In this document: positions 27,084 through 37,162 of the stretch, piece after piece | How the letters are laid out: every line of letters begins with the position of its first letter | How positions within the stretch are numbered: the stretch's first letter is position 1 | Assembly: GCA_964429705.1 (NCBI GenBank) | Contig: CAYSDG010000002.1 | Coordinates: forward strand, 5,520-69,519 | Direction: 5' to 3' | DNA from: an uncultured Oscillospiraceae bacterium | GTDB taxonomy: Bacteria; Bacillota; Clostridia; Oscillospirales; Oscillospiraceae | DNA: 64,000 bases | Notes under the pieces: model-generated | The model's database searches: none | Told to the model about the DNA's origin: nothing | Seen by the model: only the letters and a program-made list of their open reading frames with translations | Made by a program: the position numbers and the translations under genes

Positions 27084-28358
27084 TTATTCCTTGGCAGCGG
27101 TCTCAGCGGTCTCCACTGCGGCCTTGTTCAGGTTCTTCTTGTACCAATCCTTGCCGTACATCACACGGGTGACCAGCATGGAGGCAACGGTATCACCGCA
27201 GGAGTTGACCAGGGTGCAGCCAGCGTCGAAGAGCTGGGTCATCATCAGGAGCACGGGCAGAGCCACGGAGGGGAAGCCGAAGGAGGAGATGATCATGGTC
27301 TCCATAGCGGCACCGCCGCCGGGGACGGAGGAAACTGCCACAGAACCGGCCACAGCAACGATCACAGCAAAGGCGTAGTCACCGAAGCTGGACAGGGGGT
27401 GGCTGAACAGTGCGCAGCAGAGGGCGATCTCATAGATGGTTGCGATGCAGGCACCGTCCATATGGCAGGTAGCGCCCACGGGAATGACCACGGAGCTGAC
27501 CTCACGGGGAACACCCAGCTTGTCGCAGGCGTCCATCTGCAGGGGAATCGCGGCGGCAGAGGAGCGGGTGCCCAGAGCAGTCAGAGCAGGGGTCAGGATA
27601 TTCTTAAAGAAGTTCTTCACGCCCCAGGGACCGGCTGCGAGGAACGCATAGATACCCAGGAACAAGAAGAAATACACGATCGTTGCGGGATAGTAGATCA
27701 GCAGGGCGTGGCCGTAGCTCTTGAGCAGGTCAGCGCCGTAGGTACCGGTCAGGTCAGCGAAGTAGGCCATCAGACCGATGGGCGCCAGCTTCATCAGCAG
27801 AGCGACCATCTTGTAGAACACGGTGGACATATTGCTCAGCCACTCGGAGATGGCTCTGCCCTTCTCGCCCAGAGTGGAGACCGTCAGGCCGAAGAACACG
27901 GTAAAGACGATCAGTGCCAGAATGTGGCTGCGGGAAATCAGCAGGGGGAAGTCGGACACGGTGAAGGTGTCAACGATCTGGGTGCCGATGCTGGAGGCTG
28001 CGCCCTCGATGGCGCTCTCCGTCTCACCGAGCTGCACGGAGGTATCCACACCGAAGATACCGGTCACAACGAACATATATACGCCGGCGACAATAGCGGT
28101 AGAGATAAAAATACCGATGGTCAGGCCCAGCAGCTTACCGACCTTCTTGGTGTCGGTGATGTTGGCAATGGAACTGGAAATGGAGAAGAAGATCAGGGGA
28201 ATCAGCAGAACGAACAGCAGGTTCAGCCAGATCTGGCCGATGGGGGCCAGCACAGAGGCCTTATCCCCCAAGGTGATGCCGAGGACGATACCGATGAGGA
28301 CAAAGGCAATCAGGATCAATGGTTCGCGGTAAGCGGACGTCTTACTTTGCTTTTTCAT
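27084..28358 (-). CDS. Dicarboxylate/amino acid:cation symporter (DAACS, GltP/SstT-like)
   Basis: 424 aa multi-TM protein with family motifs TRSSAAAIP and hairpin region GGGAAMETMIISSFG. Confidence 0.85.
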   Translation of the reverse strand: MKKQSKTSAYREPLILIAFVLIGIVLGITLGDKASVLAPIGQIWLNLLFVLLIPLIFFSISSSIANITDTKKVGKLLGLTIGIFISTAIVAGVYMFVVTGIFGVDTSVQLGETESAIEGAASSIGTQIVDTFTVSDFPLLISRSHILALIVFTVFFGLTVSTLGEKGRAISEWLSNMSTVFYKMVALLMKLAPIGLMAYFADLTGTYGADLLKSYGHALLIYYPATIVYFFLFLGIYAFLAAGPWGVKNFFKNILTPALTALGTRSSAAAIPLQMDACDKLGVPREVSSVVIPVGATCHMDGACIATIYEIALCCALFSHPLSSFGDYAFAVIVAVAGSVAVSSVPGGGAAMETMIISSFGFPSVALPVLLMMTQLFDAGCTLVNSCGDTVASMLVTRVMYGKDWYKKNLNKAAVETAETAAKE

Positions 28359-28997
28359 AAGTTATTCTCCCTCTTGATTTTCTCGTGTATCGCGGCTCAT
28401 GGGGAGAGAGCGCTTTCTCGGCTTCCGGCTGCCGAGAACAGAGACGAACTGAAGCCATACGCCCCCTGGCCGGGAGGACATATCGGGCGGCTCAGATCCA
28501 TCCGTTCTTTTCCTATGGGCTGTTTCCACAGTTGCTATGCTATCACCACGCTAAAGTGTTGTCAATATTTCCGCCGCATTTTCCTGCTAATTTTTTCCAA
28601 TTATTTTCTGTATTTTTCACCAAATACAAGTTTTCATTCATTTCCGCACTGTAAAAAATCTCTTGCGCATCAAACGATTCATATTCCTATTAAAATACTG
28701 GGTGAAAATTTTGCAAGAATAAATTTCCAAATATCTGCCATATTTCAGGCGGTCGATACCAGCTGCCCGCAGTGCTCTCCACAGCCTGTCAGATGTTCCC
28801 GGTGCGCAGTCTGTGAAAACTGTTCCAAAAAATTCAGCGCAAGTACACCACATGCGCAGTATCTGTGGTATACTATGTATACTAAGATCATTCCGCAAAG
28901 AGTTGATCGACCATCTTTCATAAATATCTGAGATCGCTCATGGTGCAGCGGGGCTGGAATCCCTGGCGCTGCATACAAACAAAGGAGGAGAAAACAG

Positions 28998-31900
28998 ATG
29001 AAAAAACGGATCGAAAGCACCCTTCTGGCGCTGGCCATCCTGCTGAGCCTGTGCTCACCCCTGGGCGGGCTGATCCCGCAGGCTCAGGCAGCGGAGACGG
29101 AGGAGCCGCCTACAGCTGGCACCTGGGGAGATAATCTCCGCTGGGAGCTCTCCGGCACAACCCTGATGATCACGGGTACCGGCGACATGAAGGAGGGCGA
29201 AGAACACTACAATGATGACCCTTACGATACGCGGGAGCAGCTATACTTCCCGTGGTACCATTTGACGTTTGATTCCGTGGTCATCGGTGAGGGTGTCACC
29301 TCCATCGCTCCAGGCGCGTTTGCCGATTATAACCTTCGCATGTGGAAAACACCTGAGTTCATCACTCTGCCGAGCACCCTGAAAACCATTGGCAACTCCG
29401 CATTCTATGGCTTTTGCGGCGAGGTGACCATCCCCTCCGGTGTGACCAGCATTGGCGCATACGCGTTCTACGGATTTCCTGCTGTCACTTTGTCCGAAGG
29501 TCTGGAAAGCATCGGGGACTGCGCATTTTGGGGATGCCGTCTGTCGTCTATCGAGTTACCGTCCACGCTGACACATCTGGGTGACTTTGCATTTGCTGCC
29601 AGCACATCCACGTCAACGATCCAAAACATAACGGTAGCGGAGGGGAGCGCGACCTTTTGCTCCGTGGACGGTGTATTGTTCAACATGGACCAGACCGAGC
29701 TGATCCTGTACCCGCAGGGGTGCACGGAAAACACCTATATGATCCCCGATACAGTGACAAAGATCCGCACCGGTGCCTTCTATGGGTGCAAGGCTCTGAC
29801 CGATATCGGCCTCCCGGATGATCTGAGGGAGCTGGGGGACGGTGCATTCGCATACAGCGGACTGGTGAGCATATGGCTGTCGAGGACATTGACCACCATA
29901 GGAGATGGCGTGTTTGCCGGATGTCGGGATCTGGATGCGATCTATGTGCTTTCCGGAAACACCCACTTCCGCGCTGTGGACGGCGTGTTATTTGACTGGT
30001 TCCCGATGGATGAGCCGGAGCCGGTTGCCCTGTCGACGGATGAGCCGGAGGCGACCGCAGGCCCCACGGAACTGATTGCCTATCCATCCGGAAAACAGAA
30101 CGAGACCTATGATATCCCGGAGAGCGTTACGTCCATTCGGCCCGCCGCATTCTGCGAGAATGCGTACATCAAGGAGCTGACGGTCCCCGATACGGTGAAC
30201 AGGATCGACGCGTATACTTTTTACAAATGCACCAGTCTGACCTCGATCACCCTTCCCAGTCAGCTTGACGATCTTGGGGACTATGTGTTCAGTAATTGCC
30301 CCAACTTGCAAAGTGTCACCATTCCCAGCGGGATCACTTCCATTGGCGACTGTGCATTCTCCGGTTGTAGTTCTTTGCCTCATATCGTGATCCCGGAGGG
30401 CGTACAGGTCATCGGAACAAGTGCATTCGAACGGTGCCGCGCCCTGTGCAGTGCTGCGATCCCGAATACTGTGACCGTGATCAAATCCTATGCTTTTGAC
30501 GATTGCAGCAATTTGACTGAGTTTACGATCCCCAACAAAATAGAGGCAATCGGATCGCTGGCATTCCAGGGGACAGGCTGTACCGGCGAAAATACGGCAA
30601 CACTGGACCTGGTCATCCCCTCTACGATACAATATATGGGGGACCAGATATTCTATTGGAGTCACGGATTGCGCAGCATTACGCTCCCGAGCACGTTGGA
30701 GGTCATACCGAGTGGCTTTGCATGGGAGTGCAGCAATTTGCAGGAGGTCACGATCCCGGAAGGGGTCTCCATAATCACCCCCATGGCCTTCGATCACTGC
30801 ACAAGTCTGCGGGAACTCTCCCTCCCGAAGAGTATATCCGTGATCGATGCCGGGGCGTTCCAGAGCAGCGGTCTGGAAAAGGTCTACTACGCCGGCACAC
30901 GGGCCGAATGGGGTCAAATCACGATCTATGAACAGCAGAATACCGAGCTGATCACCGCCCTCATCTGCTGTACCGATGGGTATTATGGTATGGAGGACCC
31001 GGATCGTCCGCAGTACGCAACGATCAACAGGGTAGAGACATCACTATTCAAGGAATCTCCTATCCCTCCGTTCAGTAAGGAGTTTTATTTTCCGCTGGCC
31101 CGCGGCACCACAGTCACTTTATTTTTAGACTACAGCTGGTTTGAACAAAACAGTGCCCTGCTGGATACCTTCAAATTTCTCGGTAAAATCCGCATCTCAT
31201 CCGGCGGCAAGGAACTGTACCAGACAAAAGATGGCCAAGTAACCTTTGATGCGGCCGCAAACAGTGAAACGGAAAGCAGCTTGACGTTTTCCCTCCTCTC
31301 CTCTAATTTGAGCGAACCCTTCCAGCCAAATCAGCCCGTTGATATTGAAATTTTAGACACAAACGAAACTATCCTGGCAAAAGGCACCGGCCGCTCTTTC
31401 CCCATCCAGAGCTGGCTCTTCGGAAACTATGACGCAACGATCAGCAAGACTCTGATCAAAAGCGTATTGGGCAAGACCAAGGGGAAAGAGATCATTAAAA
31501 AAGTCAAGCCCCCCATAGGCGAATCCGGCATGTGCTTCGGCGAAGCACTGACAGCCTCTCTGGTCAACTTCGGTGAGATCTCTCCCACACTGTTTGAAAA
31601 CTGCACCATACTGGACCAGGTGCAGCTGGACACCGCTATGACAGGCATATCCTCAGCGTGGTGGAAGGAAATGACAGGCTCATACGAGAACAAAACCGCT
31701 AATGGGTTGATCCAGATATCGCATGTCATGCAGCATAAACCCTCGGTCCAGAAAACGCTGGAGCGGACAGCAGGCGATTTCGAGCAGCTGATAGAATGGA
31801 TCGATCTTTATAAAGCAGGCAAATCCGCCATGCCCCTGATCTATATGAAGGCAAAGAATATCCACACCATCTGCGCCTATGATTATGAGATCTTCAAATC

Positions 31901-32903
31901 GGACGATTCGCCGACTATGCTGTATATCTTCTGTTACGATGCCAACTTTCCCCTGCGCATCGGCGAGATCTCCGTCATGGATTATATGAGCCGTGACGAA
32001 GCCATGTGGTCCTACACGGGCATCGATGGTTATGCGGGGTTGGGTGATTCCATCGCCTTTCTTGACCCCGCATACAGCTATTCCGATGATGGCACCTACG
32101 CGCTGTTGAGCATGGATCTGGATTGGTCCAATTCCATAGGGATGTCCGGGCCCATCCTCTACACGAAGCTCAAGTGGATCAGCAACGCCAGTGACACCGA
32201 AGCCACCGGCACGGACACCACCGATGCCGACACCGGCCTGTACTGGATCTCCGGCAGCGGCGAAGTATCTGTGGCGGATCTGGCAGGGGAAGCAGTCTCC
32301 ATCGCGGATGACTACGCCATCTACACCGTCAACAGCGCCAGCACCGGAAGCTTCGCTCTGACTGACGGCGGGGTGGACACCATGACCGCCGCCGGCAACA
32401 CCGTCTCTCTCTCCTGCGAGTACTATCTGGAGGATGAGACCGGTCAAGGCACCCTTGTCCGCGTCACCTTCGACGGTGCTTCGGCGGGGGCCGATGGTGT
32501 CTCCCTGGGCTACGACCCCAGCACCGACACCGTGACTCTCACCGGCGCGGGTGCGGGTACCATCACGGTGGTCTACGATGACGAGGACGATACCACCACG
32601 GATCCCTCCTGGATGGAGACCGTCACCGGCAATGAGCCGACCGTTTCTGTCACCGTCACTGACGGCTGCCAGTACGATGCCGCCGCCCATACCGTGACGC
32701 TGAACACCATCCCTCTGGGAACCGAAAGCGTTCTCATCGCAGCTTATGCCGATGGTCAAATGTTGAGCGTCACCACCGGCACACTTGGCAGGACGGTGCT
32801 GAACGCCGCGGCCCATCGGGCAGATGAGATCAGGATCTTCTATCTCAACGCTGACCAGCGCCCCGCGGCAGAGTGCAGCCGCATCCAGATCCCCCAGAAC
32901 TGA
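28998..32903 (+). CDS. Secreted BspA-type leucine-rich-repeat protein (1301 aa) with non-LRR central and C-terminal regions
   Basis: Signal peptide ending AQA|AE. About 20 repeats of the ...IP.GVTSIG..AF..C..L..I.IP... type across aa ~100-640. RBS AAAGGAGGAG upstream. Visibly more AT-rich than its neighbours. Confidence 0.85.
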   Translation: MKKRIESTLLALAILLSLCSPLGGLIPQAQAAETEEPPTAGTWGDNLRWELSGTTLMITGTGDMKEGEEHYNDDPYDTREQLYFPWYHLTFDSVVIGEGVTSIAPGAFADYNLRMWKTPEFITLPSTLKTIGNSAFYGFCGEVTIPSGVTSIGAYAFYGFPAVTLSEGLESIGDCAFWGCRLSSIELPSTLTHLGDFAFAASTSTSTIQNITVAEGSATFCSVDGVLFNMDQTELILYPQGCTENTYMIPDTVTKIRTGAFYGCKALTDIGLPDDLRELGDGAFAYSGLVSIWLSRTLTTIGDGVFAGCRDLDAIYVLSGNTHFRAVDGVLFDWFPMDEPEPVALSTDEPEATAGPTELIAYPSGKQNETYDIPESVTSIRPAAFCENAYIKELTVPDTVNRIDAYTFYKCTSLTSITLPSQLDDLGDYVFSNCPNLQSVTIPSGITSIGDCAFSGCSSLPHIVIPEGVQVIGTSAFERCRALCSAAIPNTVTVIKSYAFDDCSNLTEFTIPNKIEAIGSLAFQGTGCTGENTATLDLVIPSTIQYMGDQIFYWSHGLRSITLPSTLEVIPSGFAWECSNLQEVTIPEGVSIITPMAFDHCTSLRELSLPKSISVIDAGAFQSSGLEKVYYAGTRAEWGQITIYEQQNTELITALICCTDGYYGMEDPDRPQYATINRVETSLFKESPIPPFSKEFYFPLARGTTVTLFLDYSWFEQNSALLDTFKFLGKIRISSGGKELYQTKDGQVTFDAAANSETESSLTFSLLSSNLSEPFQPNQPVDIEILDTNETILAKGTGRSFPIQSWLFGNYDATISKTLIKSVLGKTKGKEIIKKVKPPIGESGMCFGEALTASLVNFGEISPTLFENCTILDQVQLDTAMTGISSAWWKEMTGSYENKTANGLIQISHVMQHKPSVQKTLERTAGDFEQLIEWIDLYKAGKSAMPLIYMKAKNIHTICAYDYEIFKSDDSPTMLYIFCYDANFPLRIGEISVMDYMSRDEAMWSYTGIDGYAGLGDSIAFLDPAYSYSDDGTYALLSMDLDWSNSIGMSGPILYTKLKWISNASDTEATGTDTTDADTGLYWISGSGEVSVADLAGEAVSIADDYAIYTVNSASTGSFALTDGGVDTMTAAGNTVSLSCEYYLEDETGQGTLVRVTFDGASAGADGVSLGYDPSTDTVTLTGAGAGTITVVYDDEDDTTTDPSWMETVTGNEPTVSVTVTDGCQYDAAAHTVTLNTIPLGTESVLIAAYADGQMLSVTTGTLGRTVLNAAAHRADEIRIFYLNADQRPAAECSRIQIPQN

Positions 32904-32905
32904 AA

Positions 32906-32940
32906 AACAGCCCCTGCGCCTTTTGAGCGCAGGGGCTGTT
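32906..32940. terminator. Bidirectional terminator between the LRR gene and pyk
   Basis: AACAGCCCCTGCGC-cttttga-GCGCAGGGGCTGTT. Confidence 0.75.
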
Positions 32941-32951
32941 CGTATGTCTGC

Positions 32952-34364
32952 TCAGATCGTCTCCACCTTCAGCAGATTCGTGCTGCCGGATTTGCCGGTC
33001 AGACCGGCGGTAACGATGATCTGGTCGTTTGTCTTGAGATGCAGCGCCTCCTTGGCAGCCTTGGCCGCCAGGTAGAACATCACATCGCTGGAGGGAGCCT
33101 GCTCGCTGCGCACAGGCAGCACGCCCCAGGCCAGGGCCATCTGATACCAGGTGTCCTCCTGTGTCGTCATGCCCACAATGTCCATGGGAGGACGGAAGCG
33201 GGACACCATGCGCACGGTCGCGCCGGACAGAGAGTTTGCCACGATTGCCTTGGCCCCCAGGTCGATGGCCATGGCGCAGGTAGCGTGGGAGATGGCGTCC
33301 ACCGTGTTGTCGGTGGCCTTGAAGGTGTTGTTCCAGAAGCGCTTGCTGTACTTAATGTCCTGCTCGGCAGACTCCACGATGCGCACCATGGTCTCCACCG
33401 TCTGCACCGGGTACTTGCCGGCAGCCGTCTCGCCGGAGAGCATCACAGCGCCGGTGCCATCGTACACGGCGTTGGCTACGTCGCTGATCTCCGCGCGGGT
33501 GGGGCGGGCGTTCTGGATCATGGATTCCAGCATCTCCGTGGCGGTGATGCTGACCTTGCCCTGGCGGCGGCAAACATCAATGAGCTGCTTCTGAATGGCG
33601 GGCAGCTTCTCAAAGGGGACCTCCACGCCCAGGTCGCCCCGGGCCACCATGATGCCATCGCAGGCGGCGCAGATCTCCTCCATGTTGTCGATACCGGACT
33701 GATTTTCGATCTTGGCGATGATGCCGATGTTGCGGCTGGTGTGCTGGCGGAGGAACGCCTTCACATCCTCCACATCCTGGGCCCGGGAGACGAAGGAGCA
33801 GGCGATATAGTCGATATTGTTTTTCAGACCCAGCAGGATGTCAGCCTTGTCCTGCTCGCTGAGATAGACCTGATTCATCACCTTGTTGGGGAAGCTCATG
33901 CTCTTGTTGTTGGAGGTCTCGCCCCCCACCAGCACGCGGCATTTGGCGTCCGCCCCCTGCAGTTCCTCCACCTGGAACGCCAGCAGGCCGTTGTTCAGCA
34001 GGATCCTGTCGCCCACCTCCAGATCATCCACCAGTCCGGGGTAGTTGACGGCCACCCGCTTCTCGTTGCCCACGATCTGCTCGGTGGTAAAGGTGAAGCT
34101 ATCCCCCTCCTTCAGGGTGATCTTGCCTTTTTCAAAGGTGCGGATTCGATATTCAGGGCCCTTGGTGTCCAGCAGCAGCGCAATGGGCAGATTCAGCTTC
34201 TCGCGCACCGCCTTCACCAGATCCATCTTTGCCTGCTGCTCAGCATGGGTGCCGTGAGAAAAGTTCAGACGGGCCACATTCATGCCGGCCAGGCACATTT
34301 TTTCCAGAGTCTCCATATTGTCACAGGCGGGACCAATGGTACAGACGATTTTCGTTTTTCGCAT
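32952..34364 (-). CDS. pyk: Pyruvate kinase
   Basis: MRKTKIVCTIGPAC...NVARLNFSHG...MVARGDLGVE. RBS AAAGGAG upstream of ATG 34364. The 19 extra N-terminal codons in the track ORF have no RBS. Confidence 0.93.
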   Translation of the reverse strand: MRKTKIVCTIGPACDNMETLEKMCLAGMNVARLNFSHGTHAEQQAKMDLVKAVREKLNLPIALLLDTKGPEYRIRTFEKGKITLKEGDSFTFTTEQIVGNEKRVAVNYPGLVDDLEVGDRILLNNGLLAFQVEELQGADAKCRVLVGGETSNNKSMSFPNKVMNQVYLSEQDKADILLGLKNNIDYIACSFVSRAQDVEDVKAFLRQHTSRNIGIIAKIENQSGIDNMEEICAACDGIMVARGDLGVEVPFEKLPAIQKQLIDVCRRQGKVSITATEMLESMIQNARPTRAEISDVANAVYDGTGAVMLSGETAAGKYPVQTVETMVRIVESAEQDIKYSKRFWNNTFKATDNTVDAISHATCAMAIDLGAKAIVANSLSGATVRMVSRFRPPMDIVGMTTQEDTWYQMALAWGVLPVRSEQAPSSDVMFYLAAKAAKEALHLKTNDQIIVTAGLTGKSGSTNLLKVETI

Positions 34365-34469
34365 ATCGAATATACTCCTTTTTTCTCTCGCGTTTGGGTT
34401 TCCAGCTTGTTCCACACCCATTATATAAAAAGATCAAACATAAGTAAACAGCTTTCTTTGTGAAAGAAA

Positions 34470-34973
34470 TCACCTGTTCAGCAAACTTTTTTGCCGCAAT
34501 ATGCCGCGATACGGGCCAGCCTGGCACCGCCCCACGCTCTGGAAGCCCTGCGCGGCATAGTACTCCGCCAGGGGCTGGTTGTCCTCTGCCGAGTCCAGGC
34601 GCAGCCGGTCCTTTCCCCGGTCCGCTGCATACTTTTCCACTTCCCGCAGGAAGCGCCGACCCACGCCGGGGTACCTCCGGTCGGAGACAAAATTGTGGAG
34701 ATAGAGAGCGCTGGCCCCATCTGTCCACCACTCGTCCTCCTCCAGCAGCACGGCGGCACACACCGGCTGACCACCCTCCGCCGCCTGGACGAACAGCCGC
34801 CCCAGCGCCTGCGCCTCCTGATAGTAAGACAGTGGAAATGCCTCCAGATAGCCCGTCACGTTCCACTGCCGCAGACCGCGCTCCTCCATCCACCGGACTC
34901 GCTCCCGGATCAGGTGGAAGATATGCGGGACCTCTTTCTTTTCCGCTGTCCGGAATTGATAGAGCTGCTCCAT
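34470..34973 (-). CDS. GNAT-family N-acetyltransferase
   Basis: Acetyl-CoA binding region RRYPGVGRRFLREVEKYAADRG. Start set at ATG 34973 (GGAGG 5 nt upstream); longer alternatives run up to 35003. Confidence 0.75.
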   Translation of the reverse strand: MEQLYQFRTAEKKEVPHIFHLIRERVRWMEERGLRQWNVTGYLEAFPLSYYQEAQALGRLFVQAAEGGQPVCAAVLLEEDEWWTDGASALYLHNFVSDRRYPGVGRRFLREVEKYAADRGKDRLRLDSAEDNQPLAEYYAAQGFQSVGRCQAGPYRGILRQKSLLNR

Positions 34974-34989
34974 AGCCGCCTCCATTGGT

Positions 34990-36312
34990 TTACAGAATGA
35001 CATAGGGATGCTTCAGGAATTTCCGGTAGAACAACACGCCCACGGCGGTGGTGACGATCTCCGTCACCGGGAAGGTACACCAGAACCAGTTCAGCCCCAG
35101 CCGGGAGAAGAGGTAGCCCAGAGGCACAAAGAGTACCACCGTGCGCACCACCGTCAGCAGCGAGCTCTTGACGCTGGCCCCCACCGCCTGGAAAAACACC
35201 GGGAAGATCAGGGAGGTAACCAGCGGGATAAAGCTGAGGCCGATAATGCGGAAGCCCACCGTGCCGATCTCCACCACCAGCTCATCCGCCGTAAATACCC
35301 GCAGCATGGGGGCGGGGATCGCTTCAAAGCAGAGCAGCCCCAAAGCCATCAGGGCCATGCCGAAGCCCACCGCTGTAGAGAGCGTCTTGCGGCAGCGGGA
35401 GATGTTTTTTGCCGCGTAGTTAAAGCTGATGATGGGAACGATACAGGTCTGCATGGCTCCCAGAGGAATGAAGAAGAAGGTCTGCCACTTGTAGTACAGC
35501 CCCAGGGCGGTGACCGCCTGGTCCGAGAAGGTGGCCAGGATCAGGTTCAGCCCCAGAATATAAAAGGTATAGGCCGACTGCATCAGCATATTTGGCGCAC
35601 CCAGGCGGAAGATTCGTGCCACATGATGGGGGTACTTCTCCCGCGCCGGAGAGGGGCGATAGCCCTTCTTCGCCACCACGGCCGCCGCCGCGATCTGCCC
35701 CGCCACCGTGGCGATGGCGGCTCCGGCGATGCCCAGCTCCGGCAGACCAAAAAGGCCGAAGATCAGCAGCGGATCCAGCGCGATATTGGTCAGCGCGCCG
35801 ATGATCTGCGCCACCATGGGCGTCCGCATGTCGCCGACGGCCTGCAGCACCTTGGTCCAGATGCTCTCCAGAAACAGGCCAACGCTGAAAACGCACACGA
35901 TGCGGCCGTAGACCACCACCTCCTGTGCCACCTCCGCGGAATCCGTGGACATATGGGCGTAGGCGGGCATGATGAACCAGCACACCAGGGCGAACACCAG
36001 CCACAGCGCCAGGGCCAGCGCGGTCCCTACACCGGCGTATTCCTCCGCCTCCTCTTTTTTGCCAAGCCCCAGCTTGGAGGCCATCACGGTATTGATGCCC
36101 ACGCCGGAGCCCACCGCCAGAGCAATCATCAGCAGCTGCACCGGATAGATGATGGACAGGGCCGTCAGCCCCGTCTCCGCATAGCGGCCCACAAAGAGGC
36201 TGTCAACGATGTTATAGAGGGCCTGGATCAGCTGCGCCAGCATCACCGGGGGCGCCATCCGCAGCAGAACCTTGCTGATCTTCTCTGTTCCAAAAAGCTG
36301 TGCCGTCTCCAT
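34990..36312 (-). CDS. MATE-family efflux transporter
   Basis: 440 aa, 12-TM, MATE N-terminus (PPVMLAQLIQALYNIVDSLFVGR). Confidence 0.9.
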   Translation of the reverse strand: METAQLFGTEKISKVLLRMAPPVMLAQLIQALYNIVDSLFVGRYAETGLTALSIIYPVQLLMIALAVGSGVGINTVMASKLGLGKKEEAEEYAGVGTALALALWLVFALVCWFIMPAYAHMSTDSAEVAQEVVVYGRIVCVFSVGLFLESIWTKVLQAVGDMRTPMVAQIIGALTNIALDPLLIFGLFGLPELGIAGAAIATVAGQIAAAAVVAKKGYRPSPAREKYPHHVARIFRLGAPNMLMQSAYTFYILGLNLILATFSDQAVTALGLYYKWQTFFFIPLGAMQTCIVPIISFNYAAKNISRCRKTLSTAVGFGMALMALGLLCFEAIPAPMLRVFTADELVVEIGTVGFRIIGLSFIPLVTSLIFPVFFQAVGASVKSSLLTVVRTVVLFVPLGYLFSRLGLNWFWCTFPVTEIVTTAVGVLFYRKFLKHPYVIL

Positions 36313-36407
36313 ATCTCACCTCACGGGCCGCAGCCCGTCCTTTTCTGTATTGTTGTATCAAGGGGATTATATGCCTTTTCCTCCGCTTGTCAATAGCCGA
36401 TGCCGTT

Positions 36408-36444
36408 AAAAAGGCCCCCGGCAGCCATTCTGGCCGCCAGGGGC
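36408..36444 (-). terminator. Intrinsic terminator after the thioredoxin gene
   Basis: On the minus strand, a GCCCC...GGGGC stem with an inner GC helix is followed by CTTTTT. Confidence 0.55.
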
Positions 36445-36460
36445 TTTGGGGTCTAATCTG

Positions 36461-36766
36461 TTACAGCAGTGCGGCGATGCGCTCCTTATCCTGACCGCCC
36501 ACCAGCTGTGCGGCCACCTTGCCATTTTTAAAGACGATCATGGTGGGGATGCTGACCACACCGTACTCCTGGGCCAGCTCGGGGTTCTCATCCACATTGA
36601 TCTTACCCACGGTGACATCGGGCCGCTCCTGGGCGATCTCCTCCACAACGGGAGCCATCATCCGGCAGGGCATACACCAGTCGGCGTAGAAATCCACCAG
36701 GGCCACACCGGTGTTGTGCAGCACCTTCTCATGAAAATTATGAAGCTCCAGCTTAATGACAGACAT
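36461..36766 (-). CDS. trxA: Thioredoxin with atypical WCMPC active site
   Basis: 101 aa: VALVDFYADWCMPCRMMAP...VVSIPTMIVFKNGK. Start at MSVIKL (ATG 36766). Confidence 0.88.
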   Translation of the reverse strand: MSVIKLELHNFHEKVLHNTGVALVDFYADWCMPCRMMAPVVEEIAQERPDVTVGKINVDENPELAQEYGVVSIPTMIVFKNGKVAAQLVGGQDKERIAALL

Positions 36767-36792
36767 TTTGTATACCTCCTTGTCAATCCCGC

Positions 36793-36993
36793 TCAGTCCT
36801 TGGACTTGTAGTAGAGCATGCAGTGGCAGTAGCCCTCGAAATCCGGGTCCGCGATCTGGTCGCGGAACTCCTGGCACATGCACTTATTCTCCGGGGTCCT
36901 CGCCAGTCGGCAGGGGCAATAGCCTCCCTTGGCCTCCAGCCCCTTACGAATACTCTCCACGATCTCTTTGTTCTCATTCAGACGAACTGCCAT
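36793..36993 (-). CDS. Ferredoxin:thioredoxin reductase catalytic-subunit-like small Fe-S protein
   Basis: 66 aa with a CPC...CMC...CHC cysteine pattern (GGYCPCRL, NKCMCQEF, GYCHCMLY). Start chosen at MAVRLNENKE. Confidence 0.7.
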   Translation of the reverse strand: MAVRLNENKEIVESIRKGLEAKGGYCPCRLARTPENKCMCQEFRDQIADPDFEGYCHCMLYYKSKD

Positions 36994-37103
36994 TCCATCG
37001 CTCCTCTCTGCCCCGCAGCGCGGCACGGGACACATATCGCTTCATTGGCCTCCACCCATGAGACGGCAGCCAGTGTCCGGACACAGTACCTGCGCCCAGC
37101 TGG

Positions 37104-37133
37104 ATTATAGCACATCGCGGGCCAATCTGGCAA
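37104..37133 (-). promoter_or_regulatory. Promoter for the FTR-like/thioredoxin pair
   Basis: Minus strand reads TTGCCA, 18-nt spacer, TATAAT. Confidence 0.5.
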
Positions 37134-37162
37134 TGCTGCCGCTGCGCTTTTCTGACATGAGC

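Noticed and set aside
28385-29038. Short ORFs in the AT-rich gap (28385-28654 +, 28638-28898 -, 28745-29038 -).
   Set aside because: They have no RBS and odd composition, and they overlap each other in a promoter/leader region. I also found no recognisable riboswitch in the leader of the symporter gene, though an unclassified leader RNA cannot be excluded.
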